DNA of 64,000 nucleotides from a virus, in the IMG/VR virus record IMGVR_UViG_3300030451_006341, positions 32,001 to 96,000 of that record; one strand, given 5' to 3'. A program made the translations under genes and the position numbers. A model generated the notes under the pieces. That model was not told the DNA's origin. It ran no database searches and worked only from the letters and a program-made list of their open reading frames with translations. This document shows, in pieces, positions 59,729 through 64,000 of the stretch; positions within the stretch are counted from its first letter, which is position 1; every line of letters begins with the position of its first letter.

Positions 59729-61004
59729 TTATAATAAATTCATCAGAAAGTTCGTTTAACCATTCGTCAACGTCTTCTATAGGGCATGCATTATTATGTT
59801 GCCAACTTGTCCACGCCTCATCAAAAATTTGTACAAATTCTGCATGCATTTTTTCAGAAGCAAACCTTTCGGTAATTCCATCTACTAAAATTCTGTTTTC
59901 GTAGTTTTCATAAACCTCTCTCATCATTTTTTTAGCAGAATGCTCTCGTGGCACAGCCCACATACTGTCAGCAGTGATTACCCCTTGCCAAACTGAATCT
60001 TCTGGGACTTGTCTCATATCAAATGATATGGGGTAAAATTTATTTTTACCATTTTCATCAACAAGAAAATCAAGCTGGCCAGACCAAGCTGTTGCAATCA
60101 CAGGTAAACCACTATATGCTGCCTCAAACATGGTAAGTCCAAACCCTTCTCCATATGTTGTAGTTACAAAACAATGAATTTTTTCATGCTTGTACAGAGC
60201 ATGCATTTCTTTATCGGTCATATCGCCATGTAATAAATAAATTTTACATTTTACATCATCAAAAGAATCAACTATTTCTTTTACTCTAGCTTGTGCTACT
60301 CTTCTATCTAATAAACAGTTTTTTGATACGTTAGTCTTTACGACAAGTCCAACATTTTTGTCATCTTTAAATTCTTCAATGAACCACTTAATTGTAGAAT
60401 GGATATTTTTTCTTGTTGACCATTGATTGGTGCAAATAAAATTAAAACTAGTTTCTAAATCTAATTGTATATTTGGCAATTCATTAAAGGTTTTAACTGG
60501 ATAATTAATATATTTTATAATACCTTGGCCGACTTTGTGCACAAACTCTTCGCCTTGAACACCGTTAGTCTGTCTAGCTGCTCTATACTCGCTGTTTTCC
60601 ATCACACGTTGAGAATGTGAAGAAATAGTCATTACGCGATCCATGGAATTAATTTTTTCAATCCATTCGGGCGCCATTTTACTAGTTTCAATACCTGCAG
60701 TATATCCTACATTAATTGGGGCCATAGGCTCAAATTCCAAAGGAATAGTTACTTGTAGCGACATATCAAATTGACCACCTTGTTGAACATATGCAATAGT
60801 TGCTTCAATTCTTTCATCAATCCATTTTCTTTCTTCATCGTGCTCGCGAGACCAAGAAGTCACGCCCCATGTTATAGGCATTATATATATATCATAGAGA
60901 TCTTCTCTAGTTCTCAAAGAACGCAATGCATATCTTGCTTGTTCTCCGTATCCTGATTGTGTTAACAAAGGGCCTTTTAAAATTACTTTTCTTTTATTAC
61001 TCAT
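59721..61004 (-). CDS. GT4-family glycosyltransferase
   Basis: SGYGEQAR, RKN and GEGFGLTMFEAAYSGLPVIAT.WSG..DF motifs; start moved to 61004. Confidence 0.85.
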   Translation of the reverse strand: MSNKRKVILKGPLLTQSGYGEQARYALRSLRTREDLYDIYIMPITWGVTSWSREHDEERKWIDERIEATIAYVQQGGQFDMSLQVTIPLEFEPMAPINVGYTAGIETSKMAPEWIEKINSMDRVMTISSHSQRVMENSEYRAARQTNGVQGEEFVHKVGQGIIKYINYPVKTFNELPNIQLDLETSFNFICTNQWSTRKNIHSTIKWFIEEFKDDKNVGLVVKTNVSKNCLLDRRVAQARVKEIVDSFDDVKCKIYLLHGDMTDKEMHALYKHEKIHCFVTTTYGEGFGLTMFEAAYSGLPVIATAWSGQLDFLVDENGKNKFYPISFDMRQVPEDSVWQGVITADSMWAVPREHSAKKMMREVYENYENRILVDGITERFASEKMHAEFVQIFDEAWTSWQHNNACPIEDVDEWLNELSDEFIINE

Positions 61005-62287
61005 TTGATCTCCATTAATTGCCAACGTTTATAATCAGTTCTTTCTTCCCAAGACCCGTATTTTTCTATTGTCTGATCTATTTTGTCTACCCAGGCCTGT
61101 TCGTAATCTTCAAAATTATAGTTGGTTCTCACATGTTCAGCTCCAGATTTAGACATATTTTCATACTGTTTTTTACTACACTTCAAAGCTTTAGTTAATA
61201 CTTTATTAAAATCATTTTGACTAATTCTGTCCTCATAGATATAAGGAACCTGTAACGAGCCAATAACAGATTTACTGGCTGGTTGAATGCCCCAACCAAA
61301 CCATTGTTTACCATTAGTAACTTGTTCCTGTAGTCCACCTGTCATATTAACAATAATTGGGGTTCCACATGATAAAGATTCAAGCGTTGCCAACCCAAAG
61401 CCTTCTGCATCTGAAATATTGATAGTGTAGTCGGCAGCATTGTAGAATAATGCTAACTGTTCAGGTGACACTTTGTTAGATGAAATTAACACTTGACCTT
61501 TATCTACTCCTAAAGTTTCAATAATATATGGCAAATCTTGTCCATGCTGGTCACGAGGATCAGTATGCATCAATAATGTAGCTGCATCGTGGCCCACTTC
61601 ATCAAGCCATTCTTTAAACCACCAAATTAGTGTACCAGATTGTTTTCTTCTTGCATTTCTATTGTTCCAAAAAAAGATTTTTTTATTTGGATTTTTACAT
61701 TCTTCTTTAGATGAATCTAATATTTGTGAACGTAAATCAATAACTTTTTGTTTGTTTTCTGAATTTTTTAAATTTTTAAATATTTCACCATTTACTGCAT
61801 GAGGTAAGTAGCACGAAGATGTATCTGGTGCTATCTCTTGTAGTATTTTATGAGTGACTTTTGAAATACATACAACTTCATCAGTTGATTCATAATATGG
61901 TTTATTAAACGTTGGCGCAGGAAAGTTATCCCACACATGATAGTAAACCATTGGCACATTAGGACGAACTTCATTTTCAATTTCCCAAAGCCAGCCATAG
62001 AATCTTGGATCGGTCATAAACCATAGGAGATCTGGTTTTTCTTTTGCGAGAACTGAGCGTACTATAGCATCATTACCATAGCCATCAACTGGATGAATTA
62101 TCCAATCATCTGCCCATGGTTCTACTTTTACAGGATCATAATTATGATGTTTCATAGCACCGCCTAAGCAAATAAATTGATATCTACCAGTTTTTAAAAG
62201 TGCCTCGATCATGTATTTTGTTTGAGTTCCAACTCCCGAGGGAGAAAGTGGGTGGTCTGATAAGACCAAAATTTTCTTTTTTGTCAT
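61001..62287 (-). CDS. GT4-family glycosyltransferase
   Basis: SGVGTQ, NRNARRK and EGFGLATLESLSCGTPII..TGG motifs; start moved to 62287. Confidence 0.85.
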   Translation of the reverse strand: MTKKKILVLSDHPLSPSGVGTQTKYMIEALLKTGRYQFICLGGAMKHHNYDPVKVEPWADDWIIHPVDGYGNDAIVRSVLAKEKPDLLWFMTDPRFYGWLWEIENEVRPNVPMVYYHVWDNFPAPTFNKPYYESTDEVVCISKVTHKILQEIAPDTSSCYLPHAVNGEIFKNLKNSENKQKVIDLRSQILDSSKEECKNPNKKIFFWNNRNARRKQSGTLIWWFKEWLDEVGHDAATLLMHTDPRDQHGQDLPYIIETLGVDKGQVLISSNKVSPEQLALFYNAADYTINISDAEGFGLATLESLSCGTPIIVNMTGGLQEQVTNGKQWFGWGIQPASKSVIGSLQVPYIYEDRISQNDFNKVLTKALKCSKKQYENMSKSGAEHVRTNYNFEDYEQAWVDKIDQTIEKYGSWEERTDYKRWQLMEIK

Positions 62288-62294
62288 TAAATCC

Positions 62295-63056
62295 TCACGA
62301 ACAATGTTCGGTATTATAAAATTTACAGCCATACCCAGAGGTACAAGATAATTTGTTTTTAATATATCGTTTATTTTTAATATTGTATAGTGCTGTGTTT
62401 AAAAGCTTGAGAGCATTTTCGGTTTTTTTTGGGCCGCTTGTTACTCTAAAAAATTCTACGTGATTTTTTTTAGCCGTACGTTTAAGTAGTGCAAAGTGAG
62501 TTTCAACGTCTTTCGGGTCAATATTCATTTTTTGACAAAAGAAATGTTTATATAGTGTAAGTTGATATGTCACCATTTTGTCACTTTTTTTGCGTGAATC
62601 CCAGCCCCATGAACAAGTTTTCCAATCAAAAATGTGTACTTTACCATCGGGTGTAGCAACCACAGCATCTATATAGCCCTTAAACTGATATTCTTCATTA
62701 TCAATTGGTTCGTATAAGGGCATTTCAACGGCTAAAACTTCGTACTCTTTAAAATAATCATTTAGCGCATCATCTATTTCAGGTATAATTTTGTTTCCTT
62801 GAGCCAACATTTGATCAACAATTTTATTGTCAACTGGATCGTCCAATTCAGAAATGTTCTTTTTTAGCTCTTCCGTAAAAAAATCTTTATCTAACTCTTC
62901 ATTAAGAAGTTTTTTCTCGCAAACGGAGTGAATCGCTGATCCAAAAGCAGTATATTGGTTGCCAGTAAACCCATCAATTCCATCGACACGTGTTAACTTA
63001 TGATAGTGCGCGCAAAACTTCCAATCTTTTAACTCAGAGTAAGAGATATGTGGCAT
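62295..63056 (-). CDS. PD-(D/E)XK nuclease, Cas4/AddB-like, with a probable 4Fe-4S cluster
   Basis: ISYS..C, GSAIH, GYIDA..DWKT and QLTLY motifs; one N-terminal and three C-terminal Cys; GGAGG SD. Confidence 0.85.
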   Translation of the reverse strand: MPHISYSELKDWKFCAHYHKLTRVDGIDGFTGNQYTAFGSAIHSVCEKKLLNEELDKDFFTEELKKNISELDDPVDNKIVDQMLAQGNKIIPEIDDALNDYFKEYEVLAVEMPLYEPIDNEEYQFKGYIDAVVATPDGKVHIFDWKTCSWGWDSRKKSDKMVTYQLTLYKHFFCQKMNIDPKDVETHFALLKRTAKKNHVEFFRVTSGPKKTENALKLLNTALYNIKNKRYIKNKLSCTSGYGCKFYNTEHCS

Positions 63057-63074
63057 AATTCCTCCAGATTATAT

Positions 63075-63103
63075 ATTATAACCTGTTTATTATTATACGT
63101 CAA
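63075..63103 (-). promoter_or_regulatory. Sigma70-type promoter TTGACG-N17-TATAAT
   Basis: -35 at 63103-63098, 17-nt spacer, -10 at 63080-63075, then GGAGG SD and ATG 63056. Confidence 0.8.
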
Positions 63104-63788
63104 GGTTTTCTTCTGAATACAATTCAAATATTTTTTTATAAAGTTGTGGGCTTACTTTTTTCATGTAATTGTGCCCATCGGGATTTAGAAAAAATTCAAC
63201 AAAGCCTGTAGCGTAGTATTCTCTAAGTGATGTTGGAGCGTATGTAGTTAAAAATACCCCTGCGGCATATCCTTGAAGTTTGTCATAACCAACTTGTTTT
63301 AGCAAAAAATCATCAAATTCTTCATCGTATTCTGTATTACTAAAAAATGCTCTCGGTGCTTGGTGGCCGTGTTGCCATAATATATCATGTAAAACAAATC
63401 TTTTTCTTAAAAATTCTTCTTTTATTTTTCCATCACCGTATATGTGGTATCCATGAGGCACTTCAGTTGAATGTGCCATTTCATGAACAATATCCTCAAT
63501 CATATCATAATTGTCTTGTTGATCGTTTGTAACATGAACCATACCATCTTTATAAAAGGCATTAAAATGATTTTCTTCAAATTCTTTAAAATGACCAATA
63601 ATAATCATTTCTACATCAGAACGTAAATGTTGGGGCACTATTGATTCAACTTTTGATATTACCTTTTCAACATCAACGTCATCATTTAACAGCTGATCCT
63701 TAAAATAAACGTGTAATCCAGAAGATGTGTAAAAATCTGTCGGTATATTATTCTTCTGTTTCTGCTTGAATACTTCTAAGTGCATCAT
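63093..63788 (-). CDS. Zincin-like metallopeptidase-domain protein
   Basis: VHEMAH (HExxH) with a downstream SLREYYA third-ligand-like motif. Confidence 0.65.
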   Translation of the reverse strand: MMHLEVFKQKQKNNIPTDFYTSSGLHVYFKDQLLNDDVDVEKVISKVESIVPQHLRSDVEMIIIGHFKEFEENHFNAFYKDGMVHVTNDQQDNYDMIEDIVHEMAHSTEVPHGYHIYGDGKIKEEFLRKRFVLHDILWQHGHQAPRAFFSNTEYDEEFDDFLLKQVGYDKLQGYAAGVFLTTYAPTSLREYYATGFVEFFLNPDGHNYMKKVSPQLYKKIFELYSEENLDV

Positions 63789-64000
63789 CTAATCCTAATT
63801 GGTAACCTCTAATATAGTTTTCTTCTGCGAATGAAAATGCAAACTCAGGAAAATCTGCAGCTAAAACATCAGCAATCATTTGAACTGTTACTTCTTCTTT
63901 GTCTAACTTTGTACCTGTATAATTAATTAAAAAATCTTTAAGTTCTGATTCACCCTTTTCAGCAGTCATTGCTAAAATTGGATTTGTAACAGCTTCAGAC
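63748..64000 (-). CDS. Hypothetical protein, probably 5'-truncated by the window edge
   Basis: Frame stays open upstream of the track start (..SEAVTNPILAMTAEK..) up to position 64000. Confidence 0.55.
   Translation of the reverse strand, partial: SEAVTNPILAMTAEKGESELKDFLINYTGTKLDKEEVTVQMIADVLAADFPEFAFSFAEENYIRGYQLGLDDALRSIQAETEE

Noticed and set aside
40219-62287. Bacterial chromosomal O-antigen or capsule locus next to a prophage
   Set aside because: No membrane transport or polymerase genes, no integrase or att site, and seamless coupling to phage-type nuclease and sigma genes on both sides.
962-63532. All short + strand ORFs in the track (e.g. 962-1162, 33280-33675, 45664-46140)
   Set aside because: They lie antisense to long, motif-bearing - strand genes and show no recognisable protein motifs; shadow ORFs.
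1-64000. Stop-codon reassignment, inteins/introns, tRNAs, intrinsic terminators
   Set aside because: ORFs are full length in the standard code, no splicing-element motifs were noticed, and the gaps (all under ~65 nt) show no cloverleaf or GC hairpin with a U-tract.

Overview
AT-rich fragment of a large contractile-tailed (myovirus-like, probably jumbo) bacteriophage genome. All real genes lie on the - strand and are packed end to end. Reading in the direction of transcription (64000 down to 1): a HExxH metallopeptidase-like gene; a near-consensus sigma70 promoter (TTGACG-17-TATAAT, 63075-63103); then a ~24.6 kb translationally coupled operon. That operon opens with a Cas4/AddB-like nuclease, continues through 26 sugar-metabolism genes and ends in a zinc-ribbon protein, a phage sigma factor and a possible small terminase. 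The sugar genes include 6 glycosyltransferase genes, a carbamoyltransferase, an O-methyltransferase, two split ThDP-dependent enzymes, 6-deoxy-heptose-type dehydratase/epimerase/reductases, a split HldE-type kinase and nucleotidyltransferase, and two aldo-keto reductases fused to ParB/Srx-like domains. From 38414 to the window edge is a baseplate/virion module: split gp5-like hub with a tail lysozyme, gp25, gp6, a 3566-aa multi-LamG protein and several paralogous structural proteins. Eight of its genes are preceded by a positional [AC]TA[AT]TTA motif, a candidate late promoter. The best candidate for an undescribed system is phage-encoded virion glycosylation: an all-soluble pathway for an unusual heptose or branched sugar sits next to virion proteins strongly enriched in an [S/T]-[G/A/S]-S tripeptide that could be the acceptor sequon. 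DNA modification is the main alternative. No tRNA, rRNA, CRISPR array or mobile element was seen. Family assignments come from motif recognition by eye, not database searches.
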